Shown: positions 8,419 to 18,015, counted from the stretch's first letter. The stretch is DNA of 64,000 nucleotides from Dehalococcoidia bacterium (GCA_048539495.1 JBLYPS010000001.1:11235-75234); one strand, 5' to 3'. Notes: generated from the sequence alone by a model not told the origin. Numbers and translations: made by a program.

Positions 8419-9217
8419 CTCTCTTATTCCTTTCGATATTACGTTGTGCCAAAGGTTCCCGCTTTGCCTCCTCCCACAGAGCATCCAGGTCCTCTAGAGA
8501 GAGCTCGCGCAGTGAGATGCCCCGCTTGCGGCTGAGGTCCTCCATAAAAGCAAAACGATGGCGAAAGCGCTCGTTGGTCTGCTGCAGCGCTCCCTCAAGA
8601 TCAACATCGAGCCAGCGGGCAGCATTAGCCAGTGCAAAGATAAGGTCACCGAATTCGTGCACCTTCTGCTGATGGGTTTCGGCTCGCTTCAGTTCCTCTA
8701 TCTCCTCGTTTACCTTTTCCAGCACCCCTTCAATTTTCTTCCAATCGAAGCCCACGCGGGCGGCACGCTGCTGGATTATCTGGCTGAAGGCCAGGGCAGG
8801 GATATTCGTGGGTATGCCATCCAAAACCGATTCCTGGCCCCTCTCCCCCCGCTTTAAGTCCTCCCAGTTCAGAGCTACCTCCTGAGCATCAATATCCTTT
8901 GAGTCTCCGAAAACGTGGGGATGACGGCGGATAAGCTTTTCGTTTATATGGCGCAGAACATCGGCGAGATCAAACTCACCGGCTTTCTGGGCAATCTGGG
9001 AGTGCAGGCCGATTTGAAGCAGGAGGTCCCCCAGTTCCTCACAGAGTCTGTCCGCATCCTGCTCCTCGATCGCCTGCAGCGTCTCATATGCCTCTTCGAT
9101 GAGATAGGGTTTGAGCGACTGGTGGGTCTGGACGCGGTCCCAGGGGCAACCGTCGGGGGCACATAACCTCGCAACGAGGCGCTGAAATTCGGCGAAGCTG
9201 GCGGCATCTTGTTCCAT
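8402..9217 (-). CDS. mazG: Nucleoside triphosphate pyrophosphohydrolase MazG
   Basis: GCPWDRVQTHQSL, EEAYE, EELGDLLLQ, KLIRRHPHVFG, second EEIEE/EFGD domain. Confidence 0.95.
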   Translation of the reverse strand: MEQDAASFAEFQRLVARLCAPDGCPWDRVQTHQSLKPYLIEEAYETLQAIEEQDADRLCEELGDLLLQIGLHSQIAQKAGEFDLADVLRHINEKLIRRHPHVFGDSKDIDAQEVALNWEDLKRGERGQESVLDGIPTNIPALAFSQIIQQRAARVGFDWKKIEGVLEKVNEEIEELKRAETHQQKVHEFGDLIFALANAARWLDVDLEGALQQTNERFRHRFAFMEDLSRKRGISLRELSLEDLDALWEEAKREPLAQRNIERNKRDETCR

Positions 9218-9243
9218 TGCGTGGGGACTACACTGCAAAATTT

Positions 9244-9306
9244 CAAGTTTTAGGTCTTAAGTGTTGTGCGCTAAACCTAAAACTTAAAACTTAAGACTTA
9301 AAACTC
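9244..9306. repeat. Heptamer hairpin element (AAGTTTT/AAAACTT type)
   Basis: caagttttaggtcttaagt ... acctaaaacttaaaacttaagacttaaaactc. Confidence 0.85.
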
Positions 9307-9307
9307 A

Positions 9308-9538
9308 CTAACTACAGGTGGCACAGGTAGAAGAGGAGCAGGTGCCGCAGGAGCTGACTCCACCAATGGGGGTGGACACTCCACCGGCGTCCCGGGCAAA
9401 GGATACAAAGGATGAGATTAGCCTTCTAGCCTCGTGGTTACATTCCGGACATAAGGCTGCCTCATCTACCTGACTAAAGGGACGAAGCAAGTCGAACTTA
9501 CCACCGCAATTCGGACAGCAATACTCGTAGATCGGCAT
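9308..9538 (-). CDS. FmdB-family zinc-ribbon protein
   Basis: MPIYEYCCPNCG...CPEC...RRLIS, C-terminal Cys cluster. Confidence 0.88.
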   Translation of the reverse strand: MPIYEYCCPNCGGKFDLLRPFSQVDEAALCPECNHEARRLISSFVSFARDAGGVSTPIGGVSSCGTCSSSTCATCS

Positions 9539-9692
9539 TTCTCTTTCCCCAAGACCATTATATATCCTGGCTGAAGCTAAGTCAAGCGTGCGGATTCCCC
9601 CCAGCAAGCGAGATCATCTATGGTTTGGTGTGGCACAAATCGGAAAAGCAGATAAATACAGCCCGGATACTAACTCATTAGCTAGCTTCGCC

Positions 9693-10745
9693 TTATTTCA
9701 CGACGCGAACAGTAATCTTCCCCTTCGGCTCCCCCACTATTTCCCCAATGATGGCCGCGTCTCTGTGGCCGGTGCGATGCAGCTTCTCAAGCAGCACCTT
9801 CGCTTTCTCCGGGGAAGTGGAAATCAGCAGCCCTCCCGAGGTCTGGGGGTCGAACAGGAGGTCCGGGGCCCAGTCAGGCACACCGGCAGCAAACTCCACC
9901 ATGGCATCACGAAAATCCCTATTGCGATATGACCCGCCGGGGATAAGTCCCATTCGAGCAAATTCGATGGCTTCGGCGAAGATGGGAACCACCGAGCAGT
10001 AGATCGCCATTCCAATGGAGTTATCCCGAATCATCCCGCAGGCGTGGCCCAGAAGCCCGAAGCCGGTTATGTCGGTACAGGCATGGACTCCCACCTCCTG
10101 CATCAGCTCACAGGCTCGCCTATTCAAAGCAGCCATCTGCTCGGTAACCATGGCTACGGTTTTCTCATCGGCCATGCCCGCCTTGATTGCTGTATTGATA
10201 ATGCCCGTGCCCAGTGGCTTGGTAAGTATCAGGCTATCGCCGGGCACTGCTCCCGAATTGCGCACGATCTTGCGCGGATGGATTACCCCGGTAACCGAGA
10301 GGCCGTACTTGAGTTCCGGGTCCTCCACGCTATGCCCTCCCACCAGCGTCACCTCCGCCTCGTGGAGCTTATCCATCCCTCCACGCAGAATATCCCTCAA
10401 AATGGACATGTCCATCGATTTGCTGGGGAAACAAACGATATTCATCGCCGTGATCGGTCTACCACCCATAGCGTAGACATCGCTCAGGGCATTGGCGGCG
10501 GCGATGCGGCCGAAGTCATAGGGGTCATCAACAACGGGCGTGAAGTAATCAACGGTCTGGACGATGGCCAGATCGTCGGTTAGACGGTAGACACCAGCAT
10601 CATCGAAGCTATCCAATCCCACAATCAAGTTGGGATCGTGGGGGACTTCCAAGCCACACAGCGCCTTGTCCAGGTCCCCTGGACCGAGCTTGGAGGCTCA
10701 GCCCGCGCCGCTGACGGATTCGGTTAGACGAAGAACTTTGTCCAT
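9693..10745 (-). CDS. selD: Selenophosphate synthetase, selenoprotein form (UGA at codon 16)
   Basis: True start 10745: MDKVLRLTESVSGAG-U-ASKLGPGDL, in frame with ORF 9693-10652 (DDAGVY, TVDYFTPVVDDP, DPQTSGGLL); TGA at 10700-10698. Confidence 0.93.
10668..10684 (-). promoter_or_regulatory. Bacterial SECIS hairpin of selD
   Basis: GUCCAGG-GGA-CCUGGAC perfect 7-bp stem starting 13 nt after the UGA, G in the apical loop. Confidence 0.75.
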
Positions 10746-10774
10746 TTCCCTCCTTAAAAGGCCGATAGCGAATT

Positions 10775-10983
10775 TGGTAACTGGTAATTGGTGAGCCTCT
10801 TGCAAAAGTCGCAATTTGTCACCCTGAATTTATTTCAGGGTCTCATATCACATTCGCTTATTGAGATTCTGAAACAAGTTCAGAATGACATTTCCTATGT
10901 TTCGGGAATTTTGCAAGAGCCTGTGGTGATTGGTAATTGGTAATTGGAGGTTACCAATTACCAGTCACTATTCACCAATCACC
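10775..10983. repeat. Nested element: TGGTAAT heptamer hairpin interrupted by a MITE that itself carries a REP-like doublet
   Basis: MITE 10793-10923 (ctcttgcaaaa/ttttgcaagag, TGGT duplication); inner tgtcaccctgaa..ttcagggtctc / gagattctgaa..ttcagaatgaca at 10817-10890. Confidence 0.8.
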
Positions 10984-11070
10984 CTGTAAAATGGAGTTTG
11001 AAGTTAGCAAATCAATAGTTGCAGCCAAAAAGAAATAATTTTGCAATTTGCATTTTAGTATTTTCATTTT

Positions 11071-11328
11071 TCATTCGGTTAGTTGATGTATCCCCTGGAC
11101 TTCCAACTTGCTTCGGCTAAGTATTCCCTCAACCTTCAGCTCGTCAGCGCGCTCGAAGCGAACACATATACCACAGTCCGAGCTCAGATGCCGCGGCACC
11201 GGAATCAGCTTCAGAGGCACGCTTTCCGCCTTTAGTAGCTTTTCAGCACGGAGCGCCCCACTTATCGAGTAAAAGAGTACCACGCTGAAGGGTTCACTCT
11301 GCCCGGTCTTGTTCTTCTTAGAGAGCAA
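11071..11328 (-). CDS. DUF3343 protein (selenium-cluster associated)
   Basis: FYSISGALRAEKLLK..LIPVPRHLSSDCG pattern; upstream of selD. Confidence 0.85.
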   Translation of the reverse strand: MLSKKNKTGQSEPFSVVLFYSISGALRAEKLLKAESVPLKLIPVPRHLSSDCGICVRFERADELKVEGILSRSKLEVQGIHQLTE

Positions 11329-11899
11329 CTATCTTTCCTGCGCCCAGTAACGCCGAGGCGATATCGTACATATTGGAAATCTGCCCCACAGCGACCTTAT
11401 CCTTAATCTCATAATAACCCAGGCAGGTGCCACATGCAAGAATCTCAGTCCCCTGTGCCTCGAGAGCACGCAGATCATCCAGCACTTCGGAGCCTTCGAC
11501 TACCAACTTGACCCCGCTATTCACGAAGATGATCTGATCAGGGCTCAGGGAGACCTCGCCCAGCGTGTGGAGGAAGCTGCGCATCAGTAAGCGGCCCAGT
11601 TCTTCAGTCCCCCGACCGAAAGCGTCCGAGGCAAGGAGCAACACTGTTGGTCCGCTCACTGCCTTGCCCGGTGGCTGCTCTGCTTCAGTGGCTTCTCTGG
11701 TCAGGTGCAGATAAATTGCGCCGTCCTTCTCTTCTACTTCGACCCGGAACCCTTTGATCTTAGCCAAACGGGAGATGTTCTCCTTTGCTACCTCGCTATC
11801 AACGATGGTGGTTATCTTGTCGGATTCCCCGAAAGCCTTGTTAGTGAGGATGACCGGTTGGGGGCAGGCAAGCCCGCGAGCGTCAACCATTAAGGCCAT
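11318..11899 (-). CDS. yedF: Selenium metabolism protein YedF (TusA-like plus DsrE-like domains)
   Basis: VDARGLACPQPVI; GxGTEELGRLLMRSF; ACGTCLGYY..GQISNMYDI. Confidence 0.9.
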   Translation of the reverse strand: MALMVDARGLACPQPVILTNKAFGESDKITTIVDSEVAKENISRLAKIKGFRVEVEEKDGAIYLHLTREATEAEQPPGKAVSGPTVLLLASDAFGRGTEELGRLLMRSFLHTLGEVSLSPDQIIFVNSGVKLVVEGSEVLDDLRALEAQGTEILACGTCLGYYEIKDKVAVGQISNMYDIASALLGAGKIVAL

Positions 11900-13061
11900 C
11901 TCCGTCCTCCTTCGCTGCACCCCTAGCAACGTTAGCTATTGCTTCTACAGTGATGTTCACTTCACCTTCAGTGCTGAAATAACCCGGACTCACCCGAACT
12001 GTTCCCTCGGGGAATGTCCCCAGGGTCTTGTGGGCGATGGGGGCGCATTGCAGTCCCGGCCGACACAGAATATCATACTCTTCCTCGAGTCGCATTGCCA
12101 CCTCCGAAGGGGCTGCCCCGGCGATATTGAAGGAAAGCACCGCCACCTGTTCTCGCGCATCGCCGCTACCGTAGAGCGTGACCCCGGAAATCGCTCCCAG
12201 CCCCTCGATAAGGAGATACATCAGCCTCTCCTCCCTTTCTCGTAGGGCATCTACGCTGTGGTGCAAGACGAACTGCACTCCCGCCCCCAACCCCGCCAAC
12301 CCCACCGTGTTGGGCGTGCCGCTTTCGTACTTGTCCGGCAGAAAATCAGGCTGGTGCTCGGAATCGGATCGACTGCCGGTGCCACCACGCATCAAGGGCT
12401 GGAGCACATCTTCCATGCCCTGGCGAATGAAGAGTCCGCCGGTTCCCTGCGGGCCAAAGAGTGACTTATGCCCGGTGAACGCCAGGAGATCGACATTCAT
12501 AGAGGGTATGTCCAGAGGATAGGCGCCGGCGCTTTGAGCGGCATCGACGCAGAAGAACACCCCATGTCGGCGGGCAATTGCACCTACTTCGGCAACCGGA
12601 AGGAGGGTGCCCACCACATTGGAGGCATGATTCAGGACAATGAGCCGCGTGTTTCGCCTGACAACCTTTTCTACTTCCTGAGGATCGAGAAAACCCTCCT
12701 TGGAGCAGCTTACCACAGTTAGCTCAACCCCCCTATCCTCCAGGGCGCGCAGAGGGCGCATCACTGAGTTGTGCTCCATGCTGCTGGTGATGGCGTGATC
12801 GCCAGGGCGCAGGGTGCCGTTTATTGCCAGATTCAGTGCCTCGGTGGCATTATGGGTAAAGATGATGCGAAGAGGGTCATCGATGTTGAAGAGCTGCGCC
12901 AGGCCCTCCCGGGCCTGATATACAATACGCCCAGCCTCGATGGAAAGTCGGTGCCCGGAGCGGCCTGGGCTGGCACCCACGTGGCACATGAAGCCATTCA
13001 TCGCCTGATAGACCGCTTCCGGCTTGGGCCAGGAGGTAGCGGCATTGTCCAGATAGATCAT
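11883..13061 (-). CDS. Cysteine desulfurase/selenocysteine lyase family (class V aminotransferase)
   Basis: IYLDNAATSWPKP, SSMEHNSV, DAAQ, FTGHKSLFGPQG, RPGLQCAP. Confidence 0.92.
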   Translation of the reverse strand: MIYLDNAATSWPKPEAVYQAMNGFMCHVGASPGRSGHRLSIEAGRIVYQAREGLAQLFNIDDPLRIIFTHNATEALNLAINGTLRPGDHAITSSMEHNSVMRPLRALEDRGVELTVVSCSKEGFLDPQEVEKVVRRNTRLIVLNHASNVVGTLLPVAEVGAIARRHGVFFCVDAAQSAGAYPLDIPSMNVDLLAFTGHKSLFGPQGTGGLFIRQGMEDVLQPLMRGGTGSRSDSEHQPDFLPDKYESGTPNTVGLAGLGAGVQFVLHHSVDALREREERLMYLLIEGLGAISGVTLYGSGDAREQVAVLSFNIAGAAPSEVAMRLEEEYDILCRPGLQCAPIAHKTLGTFPEGTVRVSPGYFSTEGEVNITVEAIANVARGAAKEDGDGLNG

Positions 13062-13075
13062 AGGGCACCTTGAAC

Positions 13076-13167
13076 AGGGGGCGAATGGGAGTCGAACCCA
13101 TCACGGCGTCTTGGCCAGAGCCGCGCCCGGTTTTGCAGACCGGGGGGAACCCGGTTCCATCGCCCCC
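13076..13167 (-). tRNA. Non-canonical tRNA: tRNA-Sec-like 8/5 cloverleaf with GCA (Cys) anticodon and U73; CCA not encoded
   Basis: GGGGGCGA/TCGCCCCC 8-bp acceptor; GGAAC-CGG-GTTCC D arm; CCCGGT-CTGCAAA-ACCGGG anticodon arm; long variable arm GCGGCTCT-GGCCA-AGACGCCGT; ATGGG-TTCGACT-CCCAT T arm. Confidence 0.9.
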
Positions 13168-13186
13168 GCGTGCCACTGACTTCAAG

Positions 13187-13405
13187 CTAGCTACGGGCAG
13201 GGGTTAACTCGAGCCTATACCCATCGGGAACCGGTTCTACCTTGACCGAATATCCCCTGCTCCGGGCGAGGCGAGATACATTTTCCCTGGAAACCTCGCT
13301 CTCCACCAATACGGCGAGGCGTTCACCTGGGTTCTGGTCGAGTGCCTTCTGGGTCTTAACTACGGGGACGGGGCACGAGAGACCCCGCGCATCGATTTCA
13401 ATCAT
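13187..13405 (-). CDS. TusA/SirA-family sulfur (selenium) carrier
   Basis: IDARGLSCPVPVV, 72 aa. Confidence 0.9.
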   Translation of the reverse strand: MIEIDARGLSCPVPVVKTQKALDQNPGERLAVLVESEVSRENVSRLARSRGYSVKVEPVPDGYRLELTPARS

Positions 13406-13420
13406 ATCCTTTCTCCTTAA

Positions 13421-14485
13421 TCAATCACGCATCAGGAAGCCGACGCCCAGCATAAGAATTAGGCCTGCAACTACCGCTATCGGGCCAAAGTCCGACGGCC
13501 CTTTGGGGGAGCTTGCCAGCAAGAAGTTGTGGGCAAAGGCGGCTCCTACGAACAGGCCGAGAACGGTGATCCCGGCATCGGTGTCCCCCTCTCCCGAGAG
13601 GATCGTCTGACGCAAGGGGCAACCACCGAGAAGTGTTGCACCCAATCCAACCAGGATCATGCTGAGGAAGTTCCAGAGATGATTGGCATGAGCCACCGGT
13701 TGCCCCTCAAATCCCCAGCTCACGTTGTCCAGAATGAGATTGGATATCAGTGCTCCCACGAAGAAGGCTGCAATGCCACCGAACAGATAAGTACCCCTGA
13801 TGAGGAAAAGATCACGCCACCCGCCGACAAAGCAGAGCCGCGTCCGCTGCGCCAGGACGCCTACCCCAAGTCCGGCGAGGAGCGATATCCAGAGTGCGGC
13901 GTGCATCGATCCGGGGCCCGTCTCACTCTCAAAGATGAATCCCGGCTGGAGGATCGCCAGGAGCAGCAGTCCCAGGATAGCTGCCGGCATGATCCACCCG
14001 GCGATGGTATGCATCCTGAAGGAGCGGCCGAGGTTGAAGCCCCGTTTGAGGAAGAAGATGCCGGTCACTGCCCCTACGATGATCCCTGCCAGGGCGCTGA
14101 TGCCATTGAGGTCGCCGCCAGCAAGGCGGAGGAGGGCTCGAGTGGGGCAGCCGAGAAAGACTAATGCCCCGATCATGATAAAGGCTCCCAACAAGAAACG
14201 CACCATCGGCGAGGAGCCACCCCGGGCTCGAAACTCTCCGAACCCGTAAGCGGCGAGGAAAGCCCCCAGCACGAAGCCCATTATCTCCGGGCGGAGGTAC
14301 TGAACCACACCAGCCCGGTGCAGGCCAAGTCCGCCGGCGATATCCCGCCAGAAGCAGGCGACACAAATTCCCATATTTCCCGGGTTGCCCCACTCGGTGA
14401 GCACTGAGGCGAGCACTCCAAACACAAGGCCGCCGAGGATGATCCACATTCCCGGCGCAAACAGCCGCGAGAAATTCACTTTCAT
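13421..14485 (-). CDS. yedE: YedE-family putative selenium transporter
   Basis: GNPGNMGICVACFWRDIAG, FLGCP, GGCPLRQ, multiple TM helices. Confidence 0.92.
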   Translation of the reverse strand: MKVNFSRLFAPGMWIILGGLVFGVLASVLTEWGNPGNMGICVACFWRDIAGGLGLHRAGVVQYLRPEIMGFVLGAFLAAYGFGEFRARGGSSPMVRFLLGAFIMIGALVFLGCPTRALLRLAGGDLNGISALAGIIVGAVTGIFFLKRGFNLGRSFRMHTIAGWIMPAAILGLLLLAILQPGFIFESETGPGSMHAALWISLLAGLGVGVLAQRTRLCFVGGWRDLFLIRGTYLFGGIAAFFVGALISNLILDNVSWGFEGQPVAHANHLWNFLSMILVGLGATLLGGCPLRQTILSGEGDTDAGITVLGLFVGAAFAHNFLLASSPKGPSDFGPIAVVAGLILMLGVGFLMRD

Positions 14486-14587
14486 TGAAATGTCCCCCTT
14501 CTCAATTGCTAATGGTACCCGGCGACGCATATGGAATCATCGCTTTGCCCGCAACATAATCACCTCCTTGCGCTCCATATTTTAGAT

Positions 14588-14617
14588 ATTATATCATAGA
14601 CAGAATGGATTTGTCAA
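14588..14617 (-). promoter_or_regulatory. Consensus sigma70 promoter of the selenium operon
   Basis: TTGACA-18 nt-TATAAT with extended TGn on the minus strand. Confidence 0.65.
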
Positions 14618-14914
14618 ATCGAGATAATGAATAGCACGCCCTGTGGTCGATAGAACTTCCTTATGCAACGGATCTTCCAGCCACAAAGCCCGCTTTACAG
14701 CGGATGTTCCACCCGTTATCCGTGAAAATCACTAAAAACAGAGGCTTTTGCAAAATTCTTAGGATGAGAAGATTTTCCCTTGTAGAATGTAAGAAAATGA
14801 ATATGACAATCTCCTCCGAATGTAGTAAAATGTTAAGGATAGTGTCAGATTGCGCTTGACAGATAGGGCAATTCCCCAGGAGGAGACAGTCCACGCCCCC
14901 GTATTGGGGGCGAC

Positions 14915-16099
14915 CTAGCAATCCAGAAGCGCCGCCACCCCGGGCAGGGTCTTGCCCTCGAGAAACTCAAGCGAGGCTCCACCCCCGGTGGACACGTGGG
15001 TCATCCTGTCCGCCAGGCCCAGCTCTGCGATCGCTTCCACAGTTGAGCCGCCGCCGATAATCTTGGTCGCATCCAGGCTGGCAAGCAGATTAGCTATGGC
15101 CGTGGTCCCCTTGCGAAACGGTGCAAACTCGAAAACCCCCATGGTCCCGTTCCAGATGATGGTCTTGCATCCCTTGAGCTCATCCCCAAAGCTTTTGATG
15201 CTCTGCGGGCCGATGTCCAGGATCATCCAGCCGCGCGGTACGCCGGACAGTGATACCGTCTTATGAATGGATCCGGCGCTGAACTCCCTGGCGACTACCA
15301 CATCAGTGGGAAGAAGAAGGTGGACACCCCTCCTTGCTGCCTTCTCGATCAGACCTCGTGCAAAGCCCAGTTGGTCATCTTCAACACTGGAACTGCCAAC
15401 ATCGTACCCTTGGGCCTTGAGAAAGGTATGGGCCATCCCGCCTCCGATAATGAGGGAATTCACCTTTTCCAGGATATTCTCTAGGAGACCTATCTTGTCA
15501 CCCACCTTGGCGCCACCGACAAGCATGGCGAAGGGTCGAGCGGGGTCAGCCATGGCTTTACCCAGAAACTCCAGTTCCTTTTCCATCAGGAAGCCGGCGA
15601 CCGCGGGGAGGTAATCGGCGACCCCGACGGTCGAGGCATGAGCCCGGTGTGCCGTGCCAAAGGCATCATTGACGAAAACATCAGCGAGGCACGCCAGGGA
15701 CCTGGCAAACTCGGGGTCGTTTTTCTCCTCCTCGGGGTAGAAGCGCAGATTCTCCAGCAGGAGCACATCGCCGCTCTTCATCTGGCTCACCGCTCTCTCC
15801 ACCTCGGTGCCGATACAGTCCGGGGTGCATTTCACCGGCCTTCCCAGAAGTTGCGAAAGCCGCTCGCCGACCGGGGCCAGCCGCAATGCCTCGACCTGCC
15901 CCTTGGGCCGTCCGAGATGGGAGCACAGGATCGCCTTTGCTCCCTGATCGATTAGATATTGGATAGTCGGGATTGCTCCCCTGATGCGGCTGTCGTCGGT
16001 GATCTTGCCGGTCAACTTGTTCATAGGCACATTGAAATCGACCCGCACCAGCACCCGTTTATCACTTACTTTAATGTCTCTGATGGTTTTCTTCTCCAT
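14915..16099 (-). CDS. pgk: Phosphoglycerate kinase
   Basis: [50 protein letters not shown]. Confidence 0.98.
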   Translation of the reverse strand: MEKKTIRDIKVSDKRVLVRVDFNVPMNKLTGKITDDSRIRGAIPTIQYLIDQGAKAILCSHLGRPKGQVEALRLAPVGERLSQLLGRPVKCTPDCIGTEVERAVSQMKSGDVLLLENLRFYPEEEKNDPEFARSLACLADVFVNDAFGTAHRAHASTVGVADYLPAVAGFLMEKELEFLGKAMADPARPFAMLVGGAKVGDKIGLLENILEKVNSLIIGGGMAHTFLKAQGYDVGSSSVEDDQLGFARGLIEKAARRGVHLLLPTDVVVAREFSAGSIHKTVSLSGVPRGWMILDIGPQSIKSFGDELKGCKTIIWNGTMGVFEFAPFRKGTTAIANLLASLDATKIIGGGSTVEAIAELGLADRMTHVSTGGGASLEFLEGKTLPGVAALLDC

Positions 16100-16117
16100 C
16101 GCTGTCTCCTTTTGTCC

Positions 16118-16197
16118 GGTTCACGGTTCGGAGTTGGGGCTACGTAACCATTGAACGTTGAACTTTGAACGGTGAACCCTAGAACTTTGAACCCCTG
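16118..16197. repeat. Heptamer hairpin element (GGTTCAC/TTGAACC type)
   Basis: ggttcacggttcggagtt ... ttgaacgttgaactttgaacggtgaaccctagaactttgaacc. Confidence 0.8.
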
Positions 16198-16229
16198 GGC
16201 CTGCGGCCGGGGGGGGCAGGCCTGAGCAG

Positions 16230-17009
16230 TTACCCATGAATCTTCTCCAGTCGATCGACTATTCTCGCCGCCTCAGCCACCGTCTCGGGCGCGGTGTCGT
16301 ATACGCTGAGGCCCTTGAGGTCGGCCTCGCTTACCTTCGGATTGAAGCTCAAGAATCCCAGGACCTCGAAATCGGGCAGGTTGCCCTTGACGAATTCCTC
16401 GTCCTCAGGGCTCTTGATCTTATTCCCCACCACATAACACCTCCTCACTCCGAGATCCAGTGCCAGCTTTCTGACCGATTTGGCGGTCTGAATGCTCCTC
16501 TGCCCCGGCTCCACCACCACAACGAAGGCATCGACCGCGCGGACGGTTCCCCTGGCCAGATGCTCGATCCCGGCGTCCATATCAAGGATCACTACTTCGT
16601 CTCTCTTGAGGATCAGGTGGCTGAGCAGGGCCTTTAGAAGTGTGCTTTCCGGGCAGATGCACCCGCTGCCGCCGGAGGTAACGGTGCCCATGATAAGCAG
16701 TTTAACCCCGTCCTTCTCCAGCGAGAATCTGTCCGGGATGTCATCTACCTTAGGATTCAATTTGAAAAAGGGGGCGGACGTTCCCGGCCTGGCTCCGGTG
16801 CGCTCTTCGATCAGGTCGTTCATTTCAACGATAGGGGTGATCCTTTGTACTTCTTCGAAAGGGATTCCCAGAGCCGCCCCGAAGTTAGCATCCGGGTTAG
16901 CATCTATCGCCAGCACCTTGTATCCTTTGGAAGCATAGATCCTCGCCAGCAGGCTGGAGAGAGTGGTCTTGCCTACCCCTCCTTTACCACTAATAGCTAA
17001 TTTTAGCAT
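16230..17009 (-). CDS. cooC: CooC/AcsF nickel-insertion ATPase for CO dehydrogenase/acetyl-CoA synthase
   Basis: SGKGGVGKT, IDANPD, GSGCICPE (CxC), DMDAGIEH. Confidence 0.9.
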   Translation of the reverse strand: MLKLAISGKGGVGKTTLSSLLARIYASKGYKVLAIDANPDANFGAALGIPFEEVQRITPIVEMNDLIEERTGARPGTSAPFFKLNPKVDDIPDRFSLEKDGVKLLIMGTVTSGGSGCICPESTLLKALLSHLILKRDEVVILDMDAGIEHLARGTVRAVDAFVVVVEPGQRSIQTAKSVRKLALDLGVRRCYVVGNKIKSPEDEEFVKGNLPDFEVLGFLSFNPKVSEADLKGLSVYDTAPETVAEAARIVDRLEKIHG

Positions 17010-17159
17010 CCAAAACCTCCTGTTTAGTACCTAAAATCTAAAATTATGTGCGAAAATGGCAGGATATTTTTTGGGTCGTGCGTAGCTCGAAGCTAAATAT
17101 TTTTGCTCCAACTTTTGATTTTTTTGGTTCCAGCTCGTCTGGGTTAGGATGACCATACC

Positions 17160-17229
17160 GTAGCCGCAGGCTTTATGCCTACAACGGATATGTCGCCCCC
17201 GCAAACGCACCCGTAAAGGGTGCGGCTAC
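17160..17229. repeat. GTAG-family REP-like doublet
   Basis: gtagccgca ... tgcggctac terminal inverted repeat; related GTAG palindromes near 44005-44030, 47860-47890, 48461-48484, 49413-49440, 53848-53871 and 60718-60741. Confidence 0.7.
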
Positions 17230-17289
17230 AACGGGCTCCGCATGACTTATCCATCGGTCTCTGGTATCATTGGTTATGGTGATTGACCC

Positions 17290-17547
17290 ATGATTCCACC
17301 TGAACCGGAAGTGATGTTGCGGCGTCTCACTGTCGAGGACGCTCTAATAAAGCTGGATCAGTATCTTAACGATGCCTTTACTGCCGGTCTCTACTCTGTC
17401 CGGATAGTTCACGGTAAGGGTACCGGAACCCTGCGACTTGTAGTGTGCCGTGAACTGGCGCGGCACCCGTTGGTTGAGTCATTCCGTCCCGCCGACCCGT
17501 GGGAGGGTGGTCTCGGAGTCACCATTGCTCAACTGGTGCAGAAATAA
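17290..17547 (+). CDS. Stand-alone Smr/MutS2 C-terminal domain protein
   Basis: LDQYLNDA..VRIVHGKGTGTLR..GGLGVT. Confidence 0.88.
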   Translation: MIPPEPEVMLRRLTVEDALIKLDQYLNDAFTAGLYSVRIVHGKGTGTLRLVVCRELARHPLVESFRPADPWEGGLGVTIAQLVQK

Positions 17548-17548
17548 C

Positions 17549-17929
17549 TCAAATGGCAGCGATGGCCTCGATTTCCACCTTCATGTCAAAGGGAAGTCTG
17601 CTCGCCTCAATGCAGGTTCGCGCCGGCCGATCCTTGATGAAATACCGCTTATAGATCTCGTTGAGCTTCGCATAATCCTCCATTCGGCTCAGGAACACGG
17701 TGACCTTCAGCACCTTGTCCATCGAGGAGCCCGCCTCTTCCAGGATGTTCTTCAGGCTCTGCAACGTAAGCTCCAGTTCTTCCTCAAAGCTTCCCGAAAC
17801 GATGGCCTTCGTTTTCGGGTCCATCGGGCCCTGCCCGGATACAAAAAGCAATGAGCCGTAGATGATGGCCGGCGAGTACGGCGCATCCGTGGCCGGGGCG
17901 TTCCTTCTTAAGACTACCTTTTTCTCCAT
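17549..17929 (-). CDS. RidA/YjgF-family protein
   Basis: APYSPA, LFVSGQ, VLKVTVFL, PARTC..LP..VEIEAIA; upstream ORF extension is repeat-derived. Confidence 0.92.
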   Translation of the reverse strand: MEKKVVLRRNAPATDAPYSPAIIYGSLLFVSGQGPMDPKTKAIVSGSFEEELELTLQSLKNILEEAGSSMDKVLKVTVFLSRMEDYAKLNEIYKRYFIKDRPARTCIEASRLPFDMKVEIEAIAAI

Positions 17930-17942
17930 TTTCCCTCCTCTA

Positions 17943-18010
17943 TCTGGAGTCTGGAGTCTGGAGTCTGGAGTCCCCGTCCCCTCCTCTCGACTCTCGACTC
18001 TTGACTTCTG
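17943..18010. repeat. Heptamer hairpin element (GAGTCTG/GACTCTC type), intergenic
   Basis: (tctggag)x4 tc - cccgtcccctcc - tctcgactctcgactcttgact. Confidence 0.9.
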
Positions 18011-18015
18011 ATCGC

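Noticed and set aside
13076-13167. Calling the tRNA canonical selC or ordinary tRNA-Cys
   Set aside because: The anticodon is GCA with U73, unlike selC, while the 8-bp acceptor stem and long variable arm are unlike standard tRNA-Cys.
11071-14485. Additional UGA-Sec codons or SECIS-marked Cys codons in tusA, yedF, DUF3343 and yedE
   Set aside because: The motif cysteines checked are TGC/TGT, and no convincing SECIS-like hairpin was seen by eye.
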